Positions 8,898 to 17,452 of a stretch of 64,000 nt of DNA are shown piece by piece (positions within the stretch are counted from its first letter, which is position 1; each line of letters starts with the position of its first letter). This DNA is from Escherichia phage 241. The stretch lies in sequence record OR924452. One strand, 5' to 3'. Below the pieces are notes generated by a model, which was given only the letters and a program-made list of their open reading frames with translations, ran no database searches and was not told the DNA's origin. Both the position numbers and the translations under genes were made by a program.

Positions 8898-10523
8898 TCA
8901 TGCGTCTTTACCACCAAAGTTGCCGCCATTATCCTCCAGTTCCGGTTTTATATCAATTGGACCAGGACCAGAAGTAGATACCGGAGTTGCCCCAGCGCGT
9001 GATGCAGCACGACCAGCACCTTCAGCATATTTGATGTTGCCTTCAATAGTCTGCGCCACCGACAACTTATCACAAACTATTTCACTAGCCAGTATTTTAG
9101 GCACTTTTAAAGTATTGGAAACTTCCAACATCTCACAGATGATACGCATCACGTTTTGCGCCTGAATTTCGGCCAGCTGTGAAAATTTCATCAACGCCGT
9201 GCCAGCAACCACATTGGAGTAGTTCGATGAATGTAGATGATAGACCTCACCTGTCTTGCGCTGAACTTCAGTCCCACCAATGGTCAGGTTGTGATCACGA
9301 CCAACATAGTAACGTTTGTCAAACATCGTCAGATCATAATGATCTTTGACTGATTTATTGACCACGTCCCCGTCAGGAAGCATCTGCTTATAAGACCCCG
9401 AGGAGTGCATCCAATGGAGACGTTCCCCGCCTGGTGTGTCATCAACCTCCATGATATGCCCTGACCGAGATGCCATGACATTGTTGTAAGGATAACGAGA
9501 CCCGCCAGCAGAAGGAACCGACACCTCTCCTGTGTTATCAATATCTTGAACACGCCCAGAAGGAGGCGGAGTTTCCTGAACTTTTGGTGTACGATCAGGG
9601 ATTGGCTCAGACCATTTACCATTTTGTTGTGTAGGAGCCGCCGATGCTGTCGTAGCAGGACCAGGCCAACGATAACCCAACACAGATGAGCGGCTGAAGC
9701 GACTCACCTTCACAGAATCTGATTGGTTGCCTCCAATACACCAAACATAATTGGCATCGAATTTCTGTACAAACGCAACGTGTCCAAATGTTGGGTTGTT
9801 GCCACGACGGAATACAACAACTGCGCCGTAACGGGGTTCTGACAAAGGGGAACCCCATTGCAAATATGAACGAGCCAAAGCCGAGCGCGTTGAAGTGTAT
9901 CCTGCTTGGATCAACACCCATCCCACAAATGAAGCGCACCAGCTGACTTCATCTTCCGAAGCGCCCAAAGATGTTGTCTTGTGATATTCCAAAATCCTTG
10001 GGTTATTATTGAATTTGCCAGAATATTCTTTGACACCTAATTCACCACGAGCCACTGTCATCCATTTCTCGGGATCATAACCGTCCACAGGCGGTTGAGG
10101 TTCTGGTTGTGGGTCGTCTTCAATCTTGACAGGAACATTTTCAACGGCGTTATATTTCTGTCTTTCTATAGATTGAACAACCTGGCCCAGCGCCAACGGG
10201 TTTGTGTCTGAACCATCCGTTGGTGTCGCCGCTGGCCAAACCCAGGCGATACGAATATTTTGGTATGCTTCATCCAAAGCAAATCCCATAACATCCGACC
10301 CGACTGTAATACCCGTTGGAGACCAGCCTAAACCTGCCGAGGAGGCGTTGGATGCTGGCATGAGCATTTTACCCCAAGGCAATAATTCGGTAGGTAAGAG
10401 AGTGGTATCTTCCGTGTGTACGCCATAGATGCGCACAGCGACGCGCCCGTTCTGGTCGGGATCATTCACGTCTTCAACGCGCCCGTAAAACCAACGCAAG
10501 TTGTCTAACATATTGAAACCCAT
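8898..10523 (-). CDS. 5: baseplate hub / tail-associated cell-wall hydrolase, gp5-like, with a CHAP/NlpC-P60-type domain in place of the T4 lysozyme domain
   Basis: N-terminus RWFYGRVEDVNDPDQNGRVAVRIYGVHTED resembles the gp5 N-terminal OB domain; central region has a Cys...His pattern (SWCASFVGW ... GHVAFV) typical of CHAP amidase/peptidase domains. Confidence 0.6.
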   Translation of the reverse strand: MGFNMLDNLRWFYGRVEDVNDPDQNGRVAVRIYGVHTEDTTLLPTELLPWGKMLMPASNASSAGLGWSPTGITVGSDVMGFALDEAYQNIRIAWVWPAATPTDGSDTNPLALGQVVQSIERQKYNAVENVPVKIEDDPQPEPQPPVDGYDPEKWMTVARGELGVKEYSGKFNNNPRILEYHKTTSLGASEDEVSWCASFVGWVLIQAGYTSTRSALARSYLQWGSPLSEPRYGAVVVFRRGNNPTFGHVAFVQKFDANYVWCIGGNQSDSVKVSRFSRSSVLGYRWPGPATTASAAPTQQNGKWSEPIPDRTPKVQETPPPSGRVQDIDNTGEVSVPSAGGSRYPYNNVMASRSGHIMEVDDTPGGERLHWMHSSGSYKQMLPDGDVVNKSVKDHYDLTMFDKRYYVGRDHNLTIGGTEVQRKTGEVYHLHSSNYSNVVAGTALMKFSQLAEIQAQNVMRIICEMLEVSNTLKVPKILASEIVCDKLSVAQTIEGNIKYAEGAGRAASRAGATPVSTSGPGPIDIKPELEDNGGNFGGKDA

Positions 10524-11030
10524 TAGTCAATTAGAATCATGGGTTATTTATGGCGGGGATTTGAAATCTGTCGAATAGTAATATTATAGGAAGCTCTGCT
10601 TCCGTTCAACTTTATTCTTTTCGTTTCTACTCGCTGAAGCTCGTAACACCGCCTTGACAGGCAGTCCCATTCCAATGCCATGGAGGCATAAAGGCGAGGA
10701 AAATACTGTACACCTCAGAACATGCGTAGAAAAGGATTATTTTTGCTTCAAAACAAATTCAAACCCCAATTTACACAACACTTACTTCAGCAACAACGGT
10801 GTTATAGCAATTTAAGGTTAAACGTTCCTGTCTTAACCTATAAAACAGGTAAGCAAAGAAAACCCCACATTACGTGGGGTTGGAAGATTTCTTGGACAAA
10901 CGTATCTTTAGTGTCTCTGTTAGCAAATCAAGATGCCAAGGCATCGACTCGCTTATTTCAAATATGCTATAGCCATGTGCCTTTAATTCGTCACACATCA
11001 CAAAGTAGGAGAGTAAATCAATTTCAAAAA

Positions 11031-11834
11031 TTAAATGAAAATTTCAGTGACACTGTTAAATTTGACTTCATGTTCTTTCCCACACGAAGGACATTTAATT
11101 TTCGTCGCGTAACGGATACGAGGAATCTTTTTAAAGAAATCGTCGGATATATCTTGAACAATCTCAGATTCAATATTTTCCCCCACCCATTTAACAAATT
11201 CATCTTTGACACGTTGACGTTCTTTAGCAACATCAGGTGCTATGCCAGGCTCTGCCGGATTCTCTACTTTCCAAACCTGACCATCATCGTCATACAAACA
11301 ATCAATAAATGTCGCGATCATTTGCTCCACAGATGATGCTTCGTTGAGCACTGAGGCGTCCGAGAAGGACGGTTGACGCATCTTGATGTGATAGCCACCA
11401 GGGAGGTCAAATGTTTCCCTGAAGCCTTCTGGGGACACGCATTTCACTTGGTTGAGGGGGATCGGTAAAACAAGTTCTTGACCACATTCTTTAAGGCCAG
11501 AAACTGGTTCTTCACCTTCATTTGTGTCGGATGGAACTTTGTTGTTACATTTGTATCGTATCTTCATGACCTCGCCGATAGATATACAGCGCATCTTTAA
11601 AAATACTTCTTCAGTAACACCGATTGGCAGTTTACTAAAGGGAACCCCAGCGTCAACACAACTATCAAACAGTTGCTCCAGCGTCGCTACACGTTCACTC
11701 ATAGGAGTGTTCGGATCAGCAACCTGAAGTAACATGGTCTGTTGCCCTGCTGTGAAAGCGCGGTATTTAATCACCGTCGGCCAGAAATCACTTTTGTGTG
11801 TTCTCTCAGTTTTGGGCAATGATGGTAAATTCAT
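11031..11834 (-). CDS. late structural protein, probably baseplate-associated; C-terminal CPSCGKEH zinc-ribbon-like motif
   Basis: GGAGA RBS before ATG at 11834; T4-type late promoter TATAAATA about 29 nt upstream; adjacent to gp5. Confidence 0.5.
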   Translation of the reverse strand: MNLPSLPKTERTHKSDFWPTVIKYRAFTAGQQTMLLQVADPNTPMSERVATLEQLFDSCVDAGVPFSKLPIGVTEEVFLKMRCISIGEVMKIRYKCNNKVPSDTNEGEEPVSGLKECGQELVLPIPLNQVKCVSPEGFRETFDLPGGYHIKMRQPSFSDASVLNEASSVEQMIATFIDCLYDDDGQVWKVENPAEPGIAPDVAKERQRVKDEFVKWVGENIESEIVQDISDDFFKKIPRIRYATKIKCPSCGKEHEVKFNSVTEIFI

Positions 11835-11862
11835 AATGTATCTCCACGGTATATTGTAACCA

Positions 11863-11870
11863 TATTTATA
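11863..11870 (-). promoter_or_regulatory. T4-type late promoter (TATAAATA)
   Basis: Exact TATAAATA on the minus strand about 29 nt upstream of the ATG at 11834. Confidence 0.5.
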
Positions 11871-11883
11871 ATGAGGACCGAAA

Positions 11884-12408
11884 ATGCACGCGTTCTGTTT
11901 CAGTAAAGTTGGAGAACAACTTACCATTAATTATCCGGATACAAATACGGATTTCTTTGTATTGCTAACGGATTTCGCAAATAAATTGGGGATCAAGAAT
12001 ATCGCCATGACTGTGGACGATATGAAATTTGGTCGTCTGGGTGTAAAAGATTTATTGAATTACGGATTCAACGTAATCATTGTCGATCAGACATACAGCC
12101 CAATTGACGAGGAAGATGTTATTCCAGTTTGGGTTCAACGAGACATAAACACTCTGGATAAGCATTATCCCGATTGTGTCATCATTGGCGAATTAATACC
12201 ATATTTTCATAAACGTCGTCGGCTTGAATCAATTAAAAGTTATTTTCAAGATAGCGATGACGGATATAAAATGGATGTCCTTACGAGCGGTTGGGTTGTG
12301 AAGAATACCACAGGCAATGCCGACCGAATTACTTCCCGTCTTTATGAATATGTTAAAGAACGGGATTATGAACTGGAGAACAATAATGCCAAACGTAGAA
12401 CGCGCTGA
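11884..12408 (+). CDS. hypothetical protein (174 aa)
   Basis: ORF diverging from the late gene; GAGGA RBS. Confidence 0.45.
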   Translation: MHAFCFSKVGEQLTINYPDTNTDFFVLLTDFANKLGIKNIAMTVDDMKFGRLGVKDLLNYGFNVIIVDQTYSPIDEEDVIPVWVQRDINTLDKHYPDCVIIGELIPYFHKRRRLESIKSYFQDSDDGYKMDVLTSGWVVKNTTGNADRITSRLYEYVKERDYELENNNAKRRTR

Positions 12409-12871
12409 TATTCAGCAGGTACAAGACGTCATCCTTCAACGCCTCCGCGCCGTGATCACAAATGAAAAGGGAGAAATTGCGCCAGGGTTTGAAGGCGCAT
12501 TCGACAGTTTCGTTGCCGATGACCAGGGGAACCCCGTTGTACAAACGATCGCTGGCATGATTATGCTGAATAGCGAATTTATGGCCGATGGTAAAATCCA
12601 TTATTCTCCCAATCTCAGTGTTGACGGAGAATCTTTGGCTTCCGAAGTGGTTGATTTAACGGTTGCCGTTGGTGAGTTGGGTTATGTTTTGATGGTTTGC
12701 ACCGCGCATTATGTGGACGCCAACGGCCATGTGTCATATGGTGATGAAGCGCGGGGAATCAAACGTCATGTGGATACTGCGGCAGTTCTGCAACAGATCC
12801 GCCAGATGCAAGACAATATGGATTCCAAACCCCGCCTGATTTTGCCAGATAGTAAAATCGTGACAAGATAA
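12386..12871 (+). CDS. hypothetical protein (161 aa)
   Basis: GGAGA RBS before internal ATG at 12386 (track ORF starts at 12317). Confidence 0.45.
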   Translation: MPNVERADIQQVQDVILQRLRAVITNEKGEIAPGFEGAFDSFVADDQGNPVVQTIAGMIMLNSEFMADGKIHYSPNLSVDGESLASEVVDLTVAVGELGYVLMVCTAHYVDANGHVSYGDEARGIKRHVDTAAVLQQIRQMQDNMDSKPRLILPDSKIVTR

Positions 12872-12908
12872 TCCGGTCTAAATACCCATAACACAATGAA
12901 ACTTCGTT

Positions 12909-13520
12909 ATGGGTATTTTTATGAAATTTTGCGGAATCGACTATTCTTATGGCTGTCCTGCCATGTGCTTCTGGGATGATAAAGATCCTTTGGATTTTGA
13001 CCATCTTCATTTCTATGCGCATCATACTGTAGAAAAACATTGTCGTCAGGTACGGCATAACATCCTCATTTTACGCCAGCCGAAATATGAATCCCCAGAA
13101 GAACGCTTCTACAATATCTCCAAATGGGCCGAAGCTGTTCTTCTAACCGAGAAGCCTGATTTCATCACCCTTGAGGGGTACGCAATGGGCAACTCGAAGA
13201 ATTCCAATAACATATGCCAGACTGCTGAAAATACATCTTTATTGAAGCAAGCAATGCGCCGGAATAATATGGAATTCCAGATCGTTACTCCTTCTTTCGT
13301 TAAAAAGCATTTCTGTGGTAAAGGAAACGCCGATAAATTGGTAATGATCGATCATTTCGAGAAGCTGTTCAACGTTAAGATGCGTGGTATAATGGACATG
13401 TTGGACGTGAAGGATCCAAAGCCTATCGATGATCTTGTAGACTCATTCGCAAACATGGTGTCTGGACCTTACTTCATAGAAAATTATCCCGATTTCAATA
13501 GAGGTGTAAGAAATGATTAA
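12909..13520 (+). CDS. possible RuvC-like Holliday-junction resolvase
   Basis: N-terminal MKFCGIDYSYG resembles the RuvC GID motif, with a later acidic TLEGYA and C-terminal IDDLVDSFA; weak; two in-frame ATGs (12909, 12921). Confidence 0.35.
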   Translation: MGIFMKFCGIDYSYGCPAMCFWDDKDPLDFDHLHFYAHHTVEKHCRQVRHNILILRQPKYESPEERFYNISKWAEAVLLTEKPDFITLEGYAMGNSKNSNNICQTAENTSLLKQAMRRNNMEFQIVTPSFVKKHFCGKGNADKLVMIDHFEKLFNVKMRGIMDMLDVKDPKPIDDLVDSFANMVSGPYFIENYPDFNRGVRND

Positions 13521-13809
13521 TTACTGGCTGTTGGCAGATATACTGCTTTTCGCCTTGCTGTTGATAACGGCATTTATTTGGGTTAAGGGATTTCTGACAT
13601 TCCTACACTCGTTGAGCGCCATGATATCTTTCTATGCTGTGTCCCCCCATAGTGACGTCAATGTACGAGCGGCAAATCAATCTGACATGTTGGCTGAATA
13701 CGTCATGATGCGTGATAAAGCAACCAGGATCGTCCTGTTTTCTACACTGGCGGGGGCGGTTATTATATTCATACAACACGTCTTGGAGGCAACTCATGCC
13801 GTTTTATGA
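13513..13809 (+). CDS. small membrane protein (98 aa, hydrophobic)
   Basis: ORF with GAGGTG RBS; predicted TM helices. Confidence 0.4.
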   Translation: MINYWLLADILLFALLLITAFIWVKGFLTFLHSLSAMISFYAVSPHSDVNVRAANQSDMLAEYVMMRDKATRIVLFSTLAGAVIIFIQHVLEATHAVL

Positions 13810-14041
13810 TTATGCCTGTACAGGTTGTGGTAATTCTTTCAGTACCAGAAGGTCTTGTGCTGAACGCCATACGCCTGAATTAGATCCATGCGCTGAATGT
13901 GGCGGTGAAATCAAAATGGTCATTGGAGCACCAAAGATCGTATCTGGTGTCCGTGGCCCACAATCCGCACCTGATGGCTTCAAAGACGTATTGCGTCATA
14001 TTAAGAAGCAGTCTGGGAAGGGGAATACAATCGATGTCTGA
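13796..14041 (+). CDS. zinc-ribbon protein (FmdB-like CxxC...CxxC)
   Basis: MPFYDYACTGCG...CAECGG; GGAGG RBS before ATG at 13796. Confidence 0.5.
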   Translation: MPFYDYACTGCGNSFSTRRSCAERHTPELDPCAECGGEIKMVIGAPKIVSGVRGPQSAPDGFKDVLRHIKKQSGKGNTIDV

Positions 14042-14276
14042 CCAACAAATAGCACAAGTCCTTACACCTGATTCATTCTCAGAATTGGTGTTGATGCGAG
14101 CGAGCCAACGCAAGGAGTCTATTCTTGAAACGATGGCCAGTGTTTGTGAAGAGTACGACATCGAAGAGGCGAAAGTTAAGAAACTGATTACACCACCTCT
14201 CCTGTCAAGGCTAACAGCTGAATGTTCTGATGCTCGGTTGTTGAAGGGTGAATTGAAATCTAAAAAACTCATTTAA
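14034..14276 (+). CDS. hypothetical protein (80 aa)
   Basis: GAAGGGG RBS, ATG at 14034, overlaps upstream stop. Confidence 0.45.
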   Translation: MSDQQIAQVLTPDSFSELVLMRASQRKESILETMASVCEEYDIEEAKVKKLITPPLLSRLTAECSDARLLKGELKSKKLI

Positions 14277-14285
14277 GGTTGTAAC

Positions 14286-14525
14286 ATGAGCAAAGAGCAA
14301 ATTTATAAATTGTTGAAGGCGCAAGAGTATCTGCCAGGTTCTATTCGCTGGCGTCATGGTAGCCTCAACGAACATGCTGATGATATGGATCGCGTTCGTT
14401 TCACAACGCCGGAAGGTAAATCCTATGTCATCGAGTACCATACATTCTTGGAAGGTCATAAAACCTTCTCGGATGTGTACGATATTATTGAGATAGACCC
14501 AGCAAAACAAATGATTGCGGGTTAA
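14286..14525 (+). CDS. hypothetical protein (79 aa)
   Basis: ORF. Confidence 0.45.
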   Translation: MSKEQIYKLLKAQEYLPGSIRWRHGSLNEHADDMDRVRFTTPEGKSYVIEYHTFLEGHKTFSDVYDIIEIDPAKQMIAG

Positions 14526-14549
14526 CTCAATAGCAAAAGGCAGTATAAT
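14526..14549 (+). promoter_or_regulatory. putative promoter upstream of gp32 (TCAATAG box, 10 nt spacer, TATAAT)
   Basis: CTCAATAG-caaaaggcag-TATAAT, about 70 nt upstream of the gp32 ATG. Confidence 0.35.
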
Positions 14550-14621
14550 TACATCGTCGGAATAATAGACAAATACATTTACAGAATAGCCCGAAGGGGC
14601 GGATTATAGAGGAATAATAAA

Positions 14622-15659
14622 ATGGGTAATTTATTTGATCGTCTTAAACAATCTCGTGGCCAACAAGCCGAAGCCATGCAACAGCGTCTCGCTCAGCAAG
14701 GTCAGCGTGTTGGTGGCGGTCGTGACCCGCGCATCTGGAAGTGGACTTGGAATGAAAAAGGCACTTCCGAAAACATTATTCGTTTCCTGCCTATCCCTTT
14801 AGTGGACATGAAGGCTCAAGAAGAAGGCACCATCCCTGAAGATGCTGTGTTAACTCCATGCGCCATGATCATGAAACACGCTTTCCAGGGTGCTGGCGGC
14901 TGGTATATCGAAAACTCACCTCAGACTTTCGGTAACGATGATCCGGTTCGTGACCATGATCGTCCTCTGTGGGCACAACAGAAAGAAACGAACGATGAAA
15001 AACTGAAGACGGTCCTGAAAAAACGTCTGCCGGACACCAAATACTACGCCAACATTCTAGTGATCAAAGATGGCAATAATCCGGAAAATAACGGCAAGGT
15101 CTTCTTGCTGGAATTCGGTAATGCCGTCAAGAAAATCCTGGATTCGGCTCAGAATCCTAAGTTCTCAACCGACCCGAAATTCGACCCGTTCGATATGTGG
15201 GAAGGTGCGAATCTGATTCTTAACCTGTTCGGCGAAGAGAAAGAGTTCGGAAACTGGAAAGGCCTGGTTGCCAACTTCACCAACGTGAAGTGGGATAGTC
15301 CGGCACCGCTGGGAACCGACGAATACATTGAAGAGATCTGGGAAAAAGAGCACAGCTTGTTTGAGTTCTTTAATCCGGCCAACTTCAAATCGTACGAAGA
15401 TCTGGAAAAACGTTTGCGCAAAGTTCTGGCCATCCCTGATAATCAGCCTCTGGTTGAAGGCGGTGCTTCTACTATGGCACATGCGCCTACCCAGTCTCAG
15501 GAACCCCAGCGCCCTACAGCGCAGGAAAGTCTGAACCAACAACAATCTCAGCCTTCTAATGCACAGCAATCTGTTCCAGCCAATAATGGTGGTGCGGGTG
15601 CCGATGCGAAACAGACGGCTTCCATTGATGAGTTCGAGCAGTTCCTGAAGCAAGACTAA
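14622..15659 (+). CDS. 32: single-stranded DNA-binding protein, gp32 family
   Basis: Shares IRFLP, WYIE, ANILV.KD...PEN.GKVF and WEGAN blocks with T4 gp32; acidic C-terminal tail; codon-optimised. Confidence 0.85.
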   Translation: MGNLFDRLKQSRGQQAEAMQQRLAQQGQRVGGGRDPRIWKWTWNEKGTSENIIRFLPIPLVDMKAQEEGTIPEDAVLTPCAMIMKHAFQGAGGWYIENSPQTFGNDDPVRDHDRPLWAQQKETNDEKLKTVLKKRLPDTKYYANILVIKDGNNPENNGKVFLLEFGNAVKKILDSAQNPKFSTDPKFDPFDMWEGANLILNLFGEEKEFGNWKGLVANFTNVKWDSPAPLGTDEYIEEIWEKEHSLFEFFNPANFKSYEDLEKRLRKVLAIPDNQPLVEGGASTMAHAPTQSQEPQRPTAQESLNQQQSQPSNAQQSVPANNGGAGADAKQTASIDEFEQFLKQD

Positions 15660-15667
15660 TTTCACTA

Positions 15668-15687
15668 AAGCCCCTTCGGGGGCTTTT
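15668..15687. terminator. bidirectional rho-independent terminator between convergent genes
   Basis: AAAGCCCCTTCGGGGGCTTTTT. Confidence 0.65.
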
Positions 15688-16631
15688 TAGTTTTTAACGA
15701 CGTCTTGTAACAAACCGAGTAAACTACTCTTCTCAGACGCCGTCAGGTTATCATTGCCTAATATATCCCTCTGGATGCCGATAGAGATCCTTTCGAAGTC
15801 TGCCAGGCTGATACCCGCCAAATTATTTACAAGCTGATCGAGTTGCTTGTAGGCCAGTAGGGCTTCACCTGTAAAGTTCCCTTCCTTAATCTTTTTATAC
15901 AGCTGTCCGGCTTTTGACGCTGCGGTTTCCCAATCTCCGGAAGCAAGAGCATCAGCAATGCCCAAAGGAAGAAAGTCGCTGGCGAGGCTGCGCGTTTCAT
16001 ATTCAGTCTCCGATAATACTTTATTGTAAGAGAACGATATATTGTACTGGTTAAATTGGTCGGCGGCACTTTTGTCGAGGTCGATGGAACTGAAGTTAAT
16101 AGGATGAGCCTCCGTCACATAAACACGGTGCACCACCTGGTCTTCTGTATCCATTTGCTCTATACAAATATCAGTCACGAAATCTTCGTAATAACCCATC
16201 TTGGTCGTATATGGGTCGAATATCAAATTCTTCCATTTATCCATGACCGACTTTTCATAATAGTCGTTGGCAAGGAGAAACGATAACTCCAGATCAACGT
16301 TTGTTTTGTTGTTCGGCATCTTAATGTGGTTGCCGTTATTTGTCATTGGCGTTGTATCAATCCCAGTACCAGGCAAAGAAGCAACCATACACATCATTTG
16401 TAAGGAACGAGACGTCTGGTTTGTCCCTCCAAAGAAAGCGTTTACAATACGGGCGCTTTGTTTGAACAGATCCCCAAATGATGAAGATGAAGGATATGCG
16501 TTGCCGTCATTGGATAGAGTCGCATTAGAATCGAAAATACCAGGCGGCAACGGGATTGTAACACGAAATCTGTTCTTGCGGGAAATCCCCCGCTGAAGCA
16601 GTTGCGTTAGAAAATTGCGATAGTCTTCCAC
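15687..16631 (-). CDS. late structural protein, possibly baseplate or tail-tube associated
   Basis: Long ORF; start set at in-frame GTG 16631 (GGAG 10 nt upstream) because the track start at 16826 would overlap the divergent gene and its RBS; TATAAATA late promoter upstream. Confidence 0.4.
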   Translation of the reverse strand: MEDYRNFLTQLLQRGISRKNRFRVTIPLPPGIFDSNATLSNDGNAYPSSSSFGDLFKQSARIVNAFFGGTNQTSRSLQMMCMVASLPGTGIDTTPMTNNGNHIKMPNNKTNVDLELSFLLANDYYEKSVMDKWKNLIFDPYTTKMGYYEDFVTDICIEQMDTEDQVVHRVYVTEAHPINFSSIDLDKSAADQFNQYNISFSYNKVLSETEYETRSLASDFLPLGIADALASGDWETAASKAGQLYKKIKEGNFTGEALLAYKQLDQLVNNLAGISLADFERISIGIQRDILGNDNLTASEKSSLLGLLQDVVKN

Positions 16632-16665
16632 GATGAGGACTCCATTTAAATAATATATCTGCTGA

Positions 16666-16673
16666 TATTTATA
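16666..16673 (-). promoter_or_regulatory. T4-type late promoter (TATAAATA)
   Basis: Exact TATAAATA on the minus strand about 35 nt upstream of the proposed start at 16631. Confidence 0.5.
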
Positions 16674-16685
16674 AGGAGTTGACAA

Positions 16686-17390
16686 ATGGCCAAGAACGCT
16701 ATGGGTGAAGAAGACCCGTTGTTGCTTCCTGCCGAGATGGACGCCCCAGAATTGGTCAAGCGTTACATCCGCAAATATCGTCAACATTTTGGACCAGAAG
16801 CGAAACGTAATATCCGTCGGTCTCACGTGTGGTTTATGGAACGCGTATCGAAAGATGCCAATTTATCCCCCAACCACATGATGAAGGCGTTTGCTGAAAA
16901 TAAACGTCCTGTTCAGGGTGTGCGCTATATTGTTGGTCGCATGTACTATTTCAAATATGATGCGCTGACCAAAGATGAACTCCCGTATTGGGATATGTAT
17001 CCTCTTGTATTCTTCTTCAATTTTGTGAAGGGTGACGGGGTAAAATTTGGGGAACGTGGTGTGACCTATCTTTATGGTCTCAACCTTCATTATTTGCCAC
17101 CAAAGCTCAGATTATTAGTGTTTGAAGATCTTATCAAGTTGAGGAACGAAAGAGCGTATCGTTCTAAAACTCGTTTGAGACTTACTTGGGATGCCCTGAA
17201 ACGGTTCGCCAATCACCCTCTATACAACCATTGTGTGAAACTGTACCGCGCTGATCAATTTCGTTCACAGCTTTATGAGATTGAGCCTCAATACTGGGAA
17301 GTTGTTTTGTTTATGCGCACTGCTCGATTCCAGAAACAGAGCCAGATGTCTGTTTGGAAAGACGCTCGTCGTAAACACAAAAATGGTTAG
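16686..17390 (+). CDS. hypothetical protein (234 aa), basic C-terminus
   Basis: AAGGAG RBS 7 nt before ATG; terminator downstream. Confidence 0.5.
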   Translation: MAKNAMGEEDPLLLPAEMDAPELVKRYIRKYRQHFGPEAKRNIRRSHVWFMERVSKDANLSPNHMMKAFAENKRPVQGVRYIVGRMYYFKYDALTKDELPYWDMYPLVFFFNFVKGDGVKFGERGVTYLYGLNLHYLPPKLRLLVFEDLIKLRNERAYRSKTRLRLTWDALKRFANHPLYNHCVKLYRADQFRSQLYEIEPQYWEVVLFMRTARFQKQSQMSVWKDARRKHKNG

Positions 17391-17396
17391 TTCTAA

Positions 17397-17430
17397 AAGC
17401 CGTTCTATGGGATAATTCGCGAACGGCTTT
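17397..17430 (+). terminator. rho-independent terminator
   Basis: AAAGCCGTTC...GAACGGCTTT hairpin with T-rich tail. Confidence 0.5.
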
Positions 17431-17452
17431 CTATAAACATGAGGTTCCATAT

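Noticed and set aside
10722-11336. 204-aa plus-strand ORF in the gap upstream of gp5
   Set aside because: Low-complexity, Arg/Leu-rich translation; overlaps the well-supported minus-strand gene 11031..11834; no RBS. Looks like a shadow ORF.
15687-16826. Full-length 379-aa version of the minus-strand late gene
   Set aside because: It would overlap the divergent gene 16686..17390 and its AAGGAG RBS by 140 nt. A TATAAATA late promoter lies inside the extension, and an in-frame GTG with GGAG RBS is at 16631.
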